From Eubacteriales bacterium (GTDB taxonomy: Bacteria > Bacillota > Clostridia > Oscillospirales > QAKW01): DNA of 51,365 nucleotides. Under the pieces are notes generated by a model, which was given only the letters and a program-made list of their open reading frames with translations, had not been told where the DNA came from and searched no databases. Position numbers and translations under genes: made by a program. The stretch covers positions 1 through 51,365 of the forward strand of contig JAZROO010000038.1 in assembly GCA_045648705.1 (NCBI GenBank), read 5' to 3'. Shown one piece after another: positions 31,932 to 40,438 of this stretch (position 1 is its first letter; the number at the start of each line of letters is the position of its first letter).

Positions 31932-33215
31932 CTATTTGTCTTTAAAAGCCGAAAGGATGCTTCTGCGTGTAAAATCCGAAACGGGTTCAAACAGCTCATC
32001 AGGCAAAGCCGTAACTTTTTGGTTCCACTTTGCATTGTGGGGAATGAATTTGTGTTCCTTGCAGTACTCCATAGCAGTCGCATAGGGGTGTAAGGGTTTG
32101 TGATTTTTAAGCATTCTTTCGCGACGCTCATCAACAGCAACCGTCTTGGGAGTCAACAACATTGCAAGCTCACCCCAACTCATTATTACCTCGGGGCGAA
32201 GCGTGTTATCGGAAAAGGCGATGGCATGGTCCTTGAGTAAAGCACAGGCTTTTTCAAACAACTTATCCTCCCGACCCAGATCCTGAAAGGGAGAGTATTC
32301 TAACAGTTCTTGTACGGTAACAACCTTGTAACCGAGCTCTTTTAAGAGGGCAAGCTGCCTGTCAAGACCGACGGCAACGGGAGTGCGCTTTGCCATATTA
32401 TAGCCGTCTTTCTGGAAAATAATCTGACCACAGAAAAAGTCAGGGTCACTTTCCAGAGCCTTTTCAATGGGGTTCACCATAGCGCGTACCTCTGCTTCAA
32501 AAGCAGCAGGCATTGAAAGAGTCGACGGCAACCAACCGGCACCATCAAACGACGCTGCCATATAGGCATATCCCAGCGCATCATATACATCATAGGAAGT
32601 AAAGCAACGATCGATTTTGTCCACATAGTGAGCAGGTCTGGACATAGTCATCTTATAGCCGTATTTTTCTTCCATCAATCTGTGTAATGCGGCAATATCT
32701 TCATACGCTTTATCATAATCACCGAGAAACACCCGCTTACCATAGACAAACGGCTTTTTGCCGAAAATGATATGACGGTAGCAGTGATTGGTAATCTGGT
32801 GTCCACCCTCGATCATACGGCGAATCAGTCGCTCTTGACGAAGTGCGCCGCCGTTTTCGTCGGCGTTTATGTCAGGATAATGGTCGTAACGTACGCCTCC
32901 CCAAGCGGCAGAGCCAAGTGCACCCGCTTCATCGGGATAATTGTCTTTGGTATCTCCGATAACATCAAAGGTGCCGCGCGCATCGTATTTCTCCAAGGTA
33001 TCCAGCAACACATCTGTTAGTGCCTTGCCGTCAAACAAATCAGGCGAGCAAGGCATATTCATAGGACCGTCGTCAAAGGTCATAGCGCAGACACGCTCGG
33101 TCGTTTTGATGCGCTCAATACGGCGCGTGTATCCAACATAATGTTTGGTGGGCGAGTCAATGACGCCTTTAAGCATCTTTTTGGCTTTTTTACCAATCTT
33201 TACAATAAGTGACAT
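31932..33215 (-). CDS. Polysaccharide deacetylase (NodB/CE4) family protein with C-terminal SLH-like tail
   Basis: MTFDDGP, ITNHCYRH, SRPAHY, GYKVVTVQELL; tail FSDNTLRPEVIMSWGELAMLL. Confidence 0.8.
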   Translation of the reverse strand: MSLIVKIGKKAKKMLKGVIDSPTKHYVGYTRRIERIKTTERVCAMTFDDGPMNMPCSPDLFDGKALTDVLLDTLEKYDARGTFDVIGDTKDNYPDEAGALGSAAWGGVRYDHYPDINADENGGALRQERLIRRMIEGGHQITNHCYRHIIFGKKPFVYGKRVFLGDYDKAYEDIAALHRLMEEKYGYKMTMSRPAHYVDKIDRCFTSYDVYDALGYAYMAASFDGAGWLPSTLSMPAAFEAEVRAMVNPIEKALESDPDFFCGQIIFQKDGYNMAKRTPVAVGLDRQLALLKELGYKVVTVQELLEYSPFQDLGREDKLFEKACALLKDHAIAFSDNTLRPEVIMSWGELAMLLTPKTVAVDERRERMLKNHKPLHPYATAMEYCKEHKFIPHNAKWNQKVTALPDELFEPVSDFTRRSILSAFKDK

Positions 33216-33903
33216 ATTGTTCCTCCTGTTTAATAAAACTATCTTCTACAAGGCATTTGACAGCAAACATCAGCCACCGCAGATAAAGGGGCAACGATGC
33301 ATTCTGTTTACGCAAACGCACCCATTGACTTCTCGCGGTGCAAAGATGAGCACTGTTGCGCCCACATACCGCCTCGCCCTCACTCAATCGGTTAAGGGAC
33401 GGGACAACGGTATAAGCATTTCCGACTTCATCGGTGGCGTGTGCATCACTGCCGCCGAAAATAGAGAGGGCGTGCCGTTTGGCAAAGTCAAGCGCCTGCT
33501 GATTTGCCGCTTTGTTTTTACGGGCGGCACGGGCATTATATACCTCCACACCGTCAAGCAACGGTGCAATTTGATCTATTTTATCGGCATAACGGATGTG
33601 CTCATAGGGATGCGCCAGAATGGCAAGTCCGCCTTGTGCGTGTATGTTTTCAATCAGTGTTTCAATCGGGGCATTCTCAATCGCACTTTTTAAATTCACA
33701 CCCAGCAGATGACCATAGGGAGTGGAAAATTCGCATCCGCGCAATACAGAAAAATCCTCAGGAACCGATCCATCATAAAAGCAGTCGTGATCGCAAACGG
33801 CAATACCGTCCAAGCCTGCCTTTTTGGCAGCGGCAACCAGCTCGTTTATATCGGTGCGGCAGTCATGAGAAGCAGCAGAATGAACGTGTATATCAATCTT
33901 CAT
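33190..33903 (-). CDS. PHP-domain metal-dependent phosphoesterase
   Basis: IDIHVHS, AVCDHD, GHLL, AHPY, VEVYNA, GGSDAH. Confidence 0.9.
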   Translation of the reverse strand: MKIDIHVHSAASHDCRTDINELVAAAKKAGLDGIAVCDHDCFYDGSVPEDFSVLRGCEFSTPYGHLLGVNLKSAIENAPIETLIENIHAQGGLAILAHPYEHIRYADKIDQIAPLLDGVEVYNARAARKNKAANQQALDFAKRHALSIFGGSDAHATDEVGNAYTVVPSLNRLSEGEAVCGRNSAHLCTARSQWVRLRKQNASLPLYLRWLMFAVKCLVEDSFIKQEEQYVTYCKDW

Positions 33904-35006
33904 CGTTTCAACAGACTCTTTCGTAAATATTTGAAAAAGGGCGCCAGATCCTTTTTGTCATACAACGCTTCACGCGCGCGGAAGGTATCCGCTATACCGC
34001 CCAGTACCATTTTAATATGTCCTTTGGTAAAATGTTTTATAATGCTAAGGGTGTCGTTGAGCAAAAAGCGCATTTTTTGACCCGTACGGTAGTGCGCGGG
34101 TCGATACGCAACCGTTTCACCGCCTGCACAGAGTGCGTAGTCACGGGTAAAGGTACTGCCGCAACATTCGGTCATCGGGAAACTGCCCCAAATGCGCGGA
34201 TTGACCTCTAATATGGCATCCCCCTTAAATTCCACCATCGCCATACCCACAAATCCAAAAGAGGACAGCAATGCATAGGCATCAGCAATCATTTTTTCAT
34301 CATAGAAGCTCTCGCAACAGGTGGACGGACCGCCGGCAATGGGATATTCGCGAATACGCTTGTGACAAACGGCGTTGACAAGCCGACCGTTTTCGTCAAT
34401 CAGAAGGCAGGCCCCCTTGCCTTGTCCCTCCACTTTTTGCTGGATCAGAGGAGCAGGGTCATAGCGACGCATTTTTTTCAAAATTGCGATGCACTGCTCT
34501 CTGTCATAGGCGACGGCATAGCGTTCAGCGGCAGTAAGCCCGAACTTTTCGCCACAATGCGGTTTGATAACAACGGGATAGGTATCGGGTGAGTCACTGT
34601 ACTGTTTGGGTACACACAGACCAAGCTCTGTACAGCGCGTATGCACGCGTTCCTTGTCATTGAGTGCATTCAGCACCTCAGGCTCCGCAATCAAAAAATC
34701 GCAAACGTGAGCAAATTCGCTCCTATTACGGCTCACCATATTGAGCGTTACCGCGCCGATGCACAGCAGGATCGGGCGATCATACTGCCGTATCACTGCA
34801 AGCAGACGATCTTTATACTCAACATCCTCCACACTGCCATCTACAATGTGATGGTGCGCAACATAACGGGAGGAAAACGCAGGTACCAAGCCCTCACTTT
34901 CGGCGCAGCTCTGCACGCCGACCACGCGAAATCCCGCCTTGCCCAGCGCTCGAACGGCGGCAATACTCATACGGTATTTGCAATCGGTAACAATGACCGT
35001 TTTCAT
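33900..35006 (-). CDS. ATP-grasp carboxylate-amine ligase
   Basis: AAVRALGKAG, LNDK, YPVVIKP, LIQQKVEG, GFVGMAMVEFK, LEVNPRIWGS; start MKTVIVTD at 35006 after GAAAGGTGAG. Confidence 0.88.
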   Translation of the reverse strand: MKTVIVTDCKYRMSIAAVRALGKAGFRVVGVQSCAESEGLVPAFSSRYVAHHHIVDGSVEDVEYKDRLLAVIRQYDRPILLCIGAVTLNMVSRNRSEFAHVCDFLIAEPEVLNALNDKERVHTRCTELGLCVPKQYSDSPDTYPVVIKPHCGEKFGLTAAERYAVAYDREQCIAILKKMRRYDPAPLIQQKVEGQGKGACLLIDENGRLVNAVCHKRIREYPIAGGPSTCCESFYDEKMIADAYALLSSFGFVGMAMVEFKGDAILEVNPRIWGSFPMTECCGSTFTRDYALCAGGETVAYRPAHYRTGQKMRFLLNDTLSIIKHFTKGHIKMVLGGIADTFRAREALYDKKDLAPFFKYLRKSLLKR

Positions 35007-35048
35007 CTCAAACTTTCTCACCTTTCTATATAATATAAAGGCAATTAA

Positions 35049-35078
35049 ATTATAACATTTCCCTTTCTTCCTTGTCAA
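35049..35078 (-). promoter_or_regulatory. sigma-A promoter of the ATP-grasp operon
   Basis: TTGACA-18 nt-TATAAT with extended TG. Confidence 0.7.
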
Positions 35079-35189
35079 GTGCCAAGCATGCCAAACCTCT
35101 TACAACACAACGGGAGGAGCTATTGTGTTTAGATAAAAAAATCCTCTATATGAAAAATAGTGAAAAGTAAAAAGTGAAGCGTAAAAAAG

Positions 35190-35221
35190 TAAAATCCCCA
35201 TTCTTACGAATGAGGATTTTT
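35190..35221 (-). terminator. Terminator after tRNA-Val(GAC)
   Basis: AAAATCCCCATTC/GAATGAGGATTTT imperfect stem immediately 3' of the tRNA. Confidence 0.65.
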
Positions 35222-35296
35222 GGTGGGAGTAACAGGACTCGAACCTGTGACCCCTTGCACGTCAAGCAAGTGCTCTACCAGCTGAGCTATACTTCC
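35221..35296 (-). tRNA. tRNA-Val(GAC)
   Basis: GGAAGTATAGCTCAGCTGGTAGAGCA-CTTGC-TT-GAC-GT-GCAAG...GTTCGAGTCC...ACCA, 76 nt. Confidence 0.96.
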
Positions 35297-35351
35297 ATTT
35301 ATTACTTTAATAAGTATATCATAATTTTATGAAAAAGCAAGTACTTTTTTC

Positions 35352-35387
35352 AAAATATAGCACAGGGAATTTCCCTGTGCTATATTT
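35352..35387 (-). terminator. Terminator after the EEP lipoprotein gene
   Basis: AAATATAGCACAGGGAA-T-TTCCCTGTGCTATATTT. Confidence 0.8.
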
Positions 35388-36186
35388 AAAATGCAAGTTG
35401 CGCATAAACCATGTTATGATCACTATAGTCGGTTTTGCTTACCTTAAGCGCCGAATTGTTTTCATCAATATTGTAATCAAACGATTTGGAAACAATAATA
35501 TTATCAATGGGTGCTGTGGAAACATCGCCTGCCGGAAAGGTATCAACCAAATCAAAGCCATCTTCTCCACCATTGAGCGATATCATTTTCTTGTTGTCAA
35601 TATAATAATTGTAAAGCACGGGAGAACAGTTCATATCACCGGTTATAATCACGTTTTTGTCGCGTTTTGCAGCTTCTAAAAGTTCTAAAATTTGCTCTAC
35701 CTGTATTTCTCCCAGGTATTCGATATGAGTATTGTAAAATGCAATTTTTTTATTATTTACCTTAATGACCGAGCGTGAAAAGCAGCGATTTTCATTATAT
35801 TGTATCTCAAAATACGTTGTCTCAGAATTTAAAATGGGATACTTGCTCATAATGCCGTGACCATACTCGCCGCAATCACTATACTCCGAGGTCTTTGAAA
35901 AATAGTAGTATGGATATCCACATATTTGGGCAATTTCTTGGAGTTGATCAACATAGCCGCTTCGATAGGTAATATTATCAAGTTCTTGAAAGCCAATAAT
36001 ATCTGGGTTAATTGTTTTGATTTCTTGAGCGATTTCTTCAAAACTGCAGTTAGAAAATCGCCGCACGTTGTAGGAGGCAACTGTGATTTCGGTTTTAGGA
36101 GTCGCATCATTGCAACCTGCAAACAAACTCAGCAAAATCGCCGCAAGAAACGTTAAAATTATTTTAAAACAAGAATGAAGTCTCAT
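35386..36186 (-). CDS. Endonuclease/exonuclease/phosphatase (EEP) family lipoprotein
   Basis: Lipobox LFAGC; ASYNV, DIIGFQELD, YNTH, ITGDMN, IDNI, SDH. Confidence 0.9.
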   Translation of the reverse strand: MRLHSCFKIILTFLAAILLSLFAGCNDATPKTEITVASYNVRRFSNCSFEEIAQEIKTINPDIIGFQELDNITYRSGYVDQLQEIAQICGYPYYYFSKTSEYSDCGEYGHGIMSKYPILNSETTYFEIQYNENRCFSRSVIKVNNKKIAFYNTHIEYLGEIQVEQILELLEAAKRDKNVIITGDMNCSPVLYNYYIDNKKMISLNGGEDGFDLVDTFPAGDVSTAPIDNIIVSKSFDYNIDENNSALKVSKTDYSDHNMVYAQLAF

Positions 36187-36209
36187 TTTTTCTCCCCACT
36201 TCTAAATAT

Positions 36210-36245
36210 AAAAAAGAACGAAGCAACAAGCTTCGTTCTTTTTTT
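36210..36245 (-). terminator. Terminator of the tRNA Met-Glu-Val operon
   Basis: AAAAAGAACGAAGC-AACAA-GCTTCGTTCTTTTT. Confidence 0.85.
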
Positions 36246-36320
36246 GGTGGAAGCTACAGGGCTCGAACCTGTGACCCTCTGCTTGTAAGGCAGATGCTCT
36301 CCCAGCTGAGCTAAGCTTCC
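36245..36320 (-). tRNA. tRNA-Val(TAC)
   Basis: GGAAGCTTAGCTCAGCTGGGAGAGCA-TCTGC-CT-TAC-AA-GCAGA...ACCA. Confidence 0.96.
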
Positions 36321-36327
36321 AAATTGA

Positions 36328-36402
36328 TGGTGACCCGGACGGGAATCGAACCCGTGTTACCGCCGTGAAAGGGCGGTGTCTTAACCGCTTGACCACCGGG
36401 CC
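36328..36402 (-). tRNA. tRNA-Glu(TTC)
   Basis: GGCCCGGTGGTCAAGCGGTTAAGACA-CCGCC-CT-TTC-AC-GGCGG...ACCA. Confidence 0.96.
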
Positions 36403-36407
36403 AAAAA

Positions 36408-36484
36408 TGGTAGCGGCAGCGGGATTCGAACCTGCGACCAATCGGGTATGAACCGAGTACTCTAGCCAACTGAGCTATGCCGCC
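36408..36484 (-). tRNA. tRNA-Met(CAT), elongator type
   Basis: GGCGGCATAGCTCAGTTGGCTAGAG...CGGTTCATACCCG...ACCA; G1:C72 paired and no triple G:C anticodon stem, so not initiator. Confidence 0.9.
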
Positions 36485-36620
36485 ATGTTATGCCGCCGTT
36501 GATCTCTCGTCAGCGCTTGTATATTCTACTACACTGATGCAAATTTGTCAACACTTTTTTTGAAAAAAATTGATTTTTTTTAATTCATTTGATATAATCT
36601 CTTCAGAAAGGATTTCAGAT

Positions 36621-37577
36621 ATGGATTTTTCAAACAAACCACTGTTCTTAGGACCCATGGCAGGCAACGGCGATTATGCCTTTCGCCGCATCTGCAAAGA
36701 GATGGGTGCCGAATATACCGTCACCGAGATGGTGAGCGCCAAAGCGGTGTATTATCACGACAAAAAGACTGCCACTCTGGCACATATTCGTCAAGATGAA
36801 CGCCCCTGCCTGTTGCAACTGTTCGGCTCGGAAGAAAAATGCTTTGACTATGCCGTTAAAGAACTCGAAGAAAAGGTTTCTCCCGAAGGATTTGATATCA
36901 ACATGGGTTGCCCTGCCCCGAAAATTTTTAACAATCACGAAGGCAGTGCCCTTTTAGGTGATTTAAAAAAGGCAGAGAGTGTTTTAAAGTCGGTACGTCG
37001 CGCCACAAGCCTTCCCGTAAGCGTAAAATTTCGTTTGGGAATTGAGATGGACGATTTTGTAGCCGTAGAGGCGGCAAAACGATTTGAGGCGGCAGGCGCT
37101 GATTTTATCACTCTGCACGGCAGATACCGCGAGCAGCATTACAGCGGCAAAGCAGACTGGGAGAAAATTGCACTGGTAAAACAAGCCGTTTCCATTCCGC
37201 TGATCGCCAACGGTGACGTAAACAGTCTTGAAAGTTATGAGCAAATATTAAAAACCACAAATGCTGACGGTGTAATGATTGCCAGAGGCGCTTTGGGTGA
37301 CCCTCACCTGTTTGCACGAATTGCGGCATACAAAAAGGACGGCACCGTCCTCCCTCCGCAAACACTGCCCCAACGCCTTGCCACAGCACTCAGACAACTG
37401 GACCTGTGCATCGCTGACAAGGGAGAACTTGCCGCCGTAAGAGAAATGCGAAAGCACTTTTTATGGTACGTTAAAGGCATTCGCGGTGCGGCAAAATACA
37501 AAAACCTTTGTTGCAAGGTAATCAGCCGCGAAGACTGCGTTCAATTAATAGAAACGATTTTAAAGGAAGCAAATTAG
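36621..37577 (+). CDS. dusB: tRNA-dihydrouridine synthase B
   Basis: LGPMAG, TEMVSAK, LQLFGS, DINMGCP, VSVKFRLG, TLHGR, ANGDV, GVMIARGALGDP. Confidence 0.93.
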   Translation: MDFSNKPLFLGPMAGNGDYAFRRICKEMGAEYTVTEMVSAKAVYYHDKKTATLAHIRQDERPCLLQLFGSEEKCFDYAVKELEEKVSPEGFDINMGCPAPKIFNNHEGSALLGDLKKAESVLKSVRRATSLPVSVKFRLGIEMDDFVAVEAAKRFEAAGADFITLHGRYREQHYSGKADWEKIALVKQAVSIPLIANGDVNSLESYEQILKTTNADGVMIARGALGDPHLFARIAAYKKDGTVLPPQTLPQRLATALRQLDLCIADKGELAAVREMRKHFLWYVKGIRGAAKYKNLCCKVISREDCVQLIETILKEAN

Positions 37578-38254
37578 TTTGCTTCCTTTATCATTTTATA
37601 AAGTGCCTCCATCGCATCGGACACACCGCCCACAGCATCCATCAGCCCTACCTGTACGGCTTGTCTGCCGTCGAGCACGGTGCCGATATCACTAACCAAT
37701 TCACCGACGTTGTGCACCATGGAAAGCATTCTGTCTTTGGGAAGTTTGGAATGTTCGCTGACAAAAGTGACGATGCGATCCTGCATTTTGTCAAAAAACC
37801 GAAAGGTCTGCTCCACCCCAATCACAAGACCATTGGTGCGCACGGGGTGCAGCATCATGGTAGCAGACGGCACAATAAATGATTTATCCGTCGCGACCGC
37901 GAGCGGCACGCCGATGGAATGACCGCCACCGAGAACAAGTGAAACCGTTGGCTTACTTAAAGATGCAATCATTTCGGCAATGGCAAGTCCTGCTTCCACA
38001 TCACCGCCCACCGTATTAAGCAATACCAAAAGCCCCTTAACTTCATCATTTTCTTCTGCTGAAACCAATGCCGGTAAAATATGCTCGTATTTGGTGGTTT
38101 TGTTTTGCCCGGGCAAAACGTAATGCCCCTCAATCTGACCGATAATGGTCAGCACTTGTACACCGCGACCTACCGAGGTCACACCATTGTCCGACGGAAT
38201 ATCCCCTGTTACAGGCTCATCCTGCGTCGGCTCAAAATTTTCTTCGTTTTTCAT
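37574..38254 (-). CDS. tepA: TepA (ClpP-family sporulation/outgrowth protease homologue)
   Basis: IIGQIEGH...KTTKYEH, LNTVGGDVEAGLAIAE, LVLGGGHSIGVP, MLHPVR. Confidence 0.9.
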   Translation of the reverse strand: MKNEENFEPTQDEPVTGDIPSDNGVTSVGRGVQVLTIIGQIEGHYVLPGQNKTTKYEHILPALVSAEENDEVKGLLVLLNTVGGDVEAGLAIAEMIASLSKPTVSLVLGGGHSIGVPLAVATDKSFIVPSATMMLHPVRTNGLVIGVEQTFRFFDKMQDRIVTFVSEHSKLPKDRMLSMVHNVGELVSDIGTVLDGRQAVQVGLMDAVGGVSDAMEALYKMIKEAN

Positions 38255-39525
38255 TTCAGTATCTCGCTTCCAAAATATAAAGCATCCTCTCCTAACATTC
38301 TTTCAATTTGAAGCAATCGATTGTATTTGCATACTCTTTCAGAGCGTGCAGGCGCACCTGTTTTGATCTGACCGCAGTTGAGTGCTACCGCAAGATCGGC
38401 GATGGTAGTGTCCTCCGTTTCCCCACTGCGATGGGACATAATGGTACGATACCCGTGACGGACAGCCAGACGAATGGTTTGCATCGTTTCGCTGAGTGAG
38501 CCGACCTGATTGGGCTTAATCAGCACGGCATTTGCCGCCTTTTCGTCAATTCCTTCACTGAGTCTTGCAGGATTGGTAACAAACAAATCATCCCCTACAA
38601 TTTGCACCTGTCCGGAAAAATGATGGGTGATTTGTCTGAACCCATCAAAGTCCTCTTCGCCAAGCGGATCTTCAATGGAGGCAATGGGAAACTCACTGAC
38701 CAATCGACGATAAATTTCAATCAATTCATCACGAAATACCACACGATTTTTCTTGGGCATACGATAGTGATCCTCTTCGATCCATTCACTTGCCGCCGCA
38801 TCCAAGGCAAACACAATGTCCTCTCCGACCTTATAACCGCTTTGCTCTACCGCATCGCAAATGAGTTGCAGTGCCTGACGTTCATCATCAATTTCCGGCG
38901 CAAATCCGCCCTCATCTCCCACACCTGTTGACAAGCCTTTTTCTTTAAGATGTCTGCCAAGAGCGTGATACACCTGCACCCCCATATGCAGTGCCTCGGA
39001 AAAAGAAGCGGCACCGACGGGCATAATCATAAATTCTTGAAAATCAAGTCCGTTTCCTGCATGCGCTCCGCCATTTAAAATATTCATCATCGGTACCGGC
39101 ATTACCATTGCATTAACGCCACCGATATATCGATACAGCGGCATCTCTTTTACTGCCGCACCTGCTCTGGCACATGCCAGTGAAACTGCCAAAATAGCAT
39201 TTCCACCTAATTTTTCTTTATTGGGCATACCATCCAGTTGAATCATTTTCCTGTCGATTTCACCCTGCGCCAAAACATTCATTCCCTCCAAATGCTTGGC
39301 AATGGGCCCCATCACATTACCGATTGCTTTTTCAACGCCTTTGCCACCGTAACGGTCCGCTCCGTCGCGCTTTTCAAGTGCCTCATATTTTCCCGTCGAG
39401 GCACCGCTTGGCACGTTTGCAATACCCACAGCGCCACCCTCGGTTTCCACTCTTGCCTGTACGGTAGGCATACCGCGACTGTCAAGTATCATACAAGCAC
39501 TGACTTTTTTGATTTTATTTTTCAT
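38251..39525 (-). CDS. eno: Enolase
   Basis: ILDSRG, PSGASTG, NGGAH, QEFMI, GDEGGFAP, IEDP, VGDDLFVTN, LIKPNQ, SHRSGETED, GQIKTG; stop overlaps the tepA start. Confidence 0.95.
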   Translation of the reverse strand: MKNKIKKVSACMILDSRGMPTVQARVETEGGAVGIANVPSGASTGKYEALEKRDGADRYGGKGVEKAIGNVMGPIAKHLEGMNVLAQGEIDRKMIQLDGMPNKEKLGGNAILAVSLACARAGAAVKEMPLYRYIGGVNAMVMPVPMMNILNGGAHAGNGLDFQEFMIMPVGAASFSEALHMGVQVYHALGRHLKEKGLSTGVGDEGGFAPEIDDERQALQLICDAVEQSGYKVGEDIVFALDAAASEWIEEDHYRMPKKNRVVFRDELIEIYRRLVSEFPIASIEDPLGEEDFDGFRQITHHFSGQVQIVGDDLFVTNPARLSEGIDEKAANAVLIKPNQVGSLSETMQTIRLAVRHGYRTIMSHRSGETEDTTIADLAVALNCGQIKTGAPARSERVCKYNRLLQIERMLGEDALYFGSEILK

Positions 39526-39554
39526 CGTTTTTCCCCTTGCACACAATTTTTATT

Positions 39555-39583
39555 TAGTGTTTGCCCCGAAAGGAAAAATATTC
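39555..39583 (-). promoter_or_regulatory. Forespore sigma-G/F-like promoter upstream of eno-tepA
   Basis: Minus strand GAATA-17 nt-AACACTA (GGGGCAAACACTA); no clear sigma-A promoter between the nagB terminator and eno. Confidence 0.5.
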
Positions 39584-39595
39584 ATTTTAAAAAAT

Positions 39596-39634
39596 AAAAA
39601 AGCCGATGATTGATTTTCTCAATCATCGGCTTTT
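39596..39634 (-). terminator. Terminator after nagB
   Basis: AAAAGCCGATGATTGA/TCAATCATCGGCTTTT stem with a U-tract on the minus strand. Confidence 0.88.
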
Positions 39635-39646
39635 GTCGGTTTAAAA

Positions 39647-40363
39647 TTATTCGTCAGATGCAGTGTAAATTACAGTTACATCAGGATGCAACTGCAGAAC
39701 AGATGCAGGAACCTCAGGTGTTACGGGGCCGAAAAATGCTTTTTCTACGATTTCGGCTTTCTTGGCGCCGTTGGCAACCAAAAGAACCTTTTTAGCACAC
39801 ATAATAGCCTTAAGTCCCATTGTCAGTGCATGGGTGGGAACTTCGTCGATACTGGCAAAGAAACGAGCATTTGCCTCACGGGTGGATTCCTTGAGTTTTA
39901 CTACATGGGTAACGGTATCAAAGGCATCTGCAGGCTCGTTGAAACCAACGTGACCGTTTCCGCCGATACCGAGCAGTTGCAAATCAACTCCGCCCAGATC
40001 CTCAATGCGTTGCTCATAAGCACGGCATTCCTCTTCAACGTCTTCCGCAAGACCGTTGGGAACAAAAGTATAGTCCTTACGAATATTGATATGGTCAAAC
40101 AGATTATGGTTCATAAAGTAACGATAGCTTTGGTCGTTTTCGGGAGAAAGTCCAACATACTCATCCAAATTCACAGAGATGGCTTCGCTGAAATCAAGAT
40201 CGCCCTTGTTGCAACGGTCAATGAGCAACTTATATGTACCGATCGGGGTGGAACCCGTTGCCAGACCGAGTACCGATGTGGGCTTTACAATTACCTGTGC
40301 CGCAATCAAATCGGCAGCTTTTTGGCTTACTTCAGCATAATTTTTACATTTAATAATACGCAT
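39647..40363 (-). CDS. nagB: Glucosamine-6-phosphate deaminase
   Basis: LGLATGSTP, NLDEYVGL, QSYRYFM, LLGIGGNGHVGFNEP, PASVLQLH. Confidence 0.96.
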   Translation of the reverse strand: MRIIKCKNYAEVSQKAADLIAAQVIVKPTSVLGLATGSTPIGTYKLLIDRCNKGDLDFSEAISVNLDEYVGLSPENDQSYRYFMNHNLFDHINIRKDYTFVPNGLAEDVEEECRAYEQRIEDLGGVDLQLLGIGGNGHVGFNEPADAFDTVTHVVKLKESTREANARFFASIDEVPTHALTMGLKAIMCAKKVLLVANGAKKAEIVEKAFFGPVTPEVPASVLQLHPDVTVIYTASDE

Positions 40364-40438
40364 AATCATCATCCTTTCACAGTTATAAGAAAATTATAAC
40401 AAATTAAGTGCCTAAGGTCAAGGCAAATTTCTCCAAAT

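Noticed and set aside
36202-36441. 79-aa ORF over the tRNA cluster (also 46657..46938)
   Set aside because: Spurious translation of tRNA and terminator sequence.
36408-36484. CAT-anticodon tRNA as initiator Met or Ile2
   Set aside because: Sequence fits the Firmicutes elongator tRNA-Met pattern (GGCGG start, paired 1:72, CGGTTCATACCCG arm).
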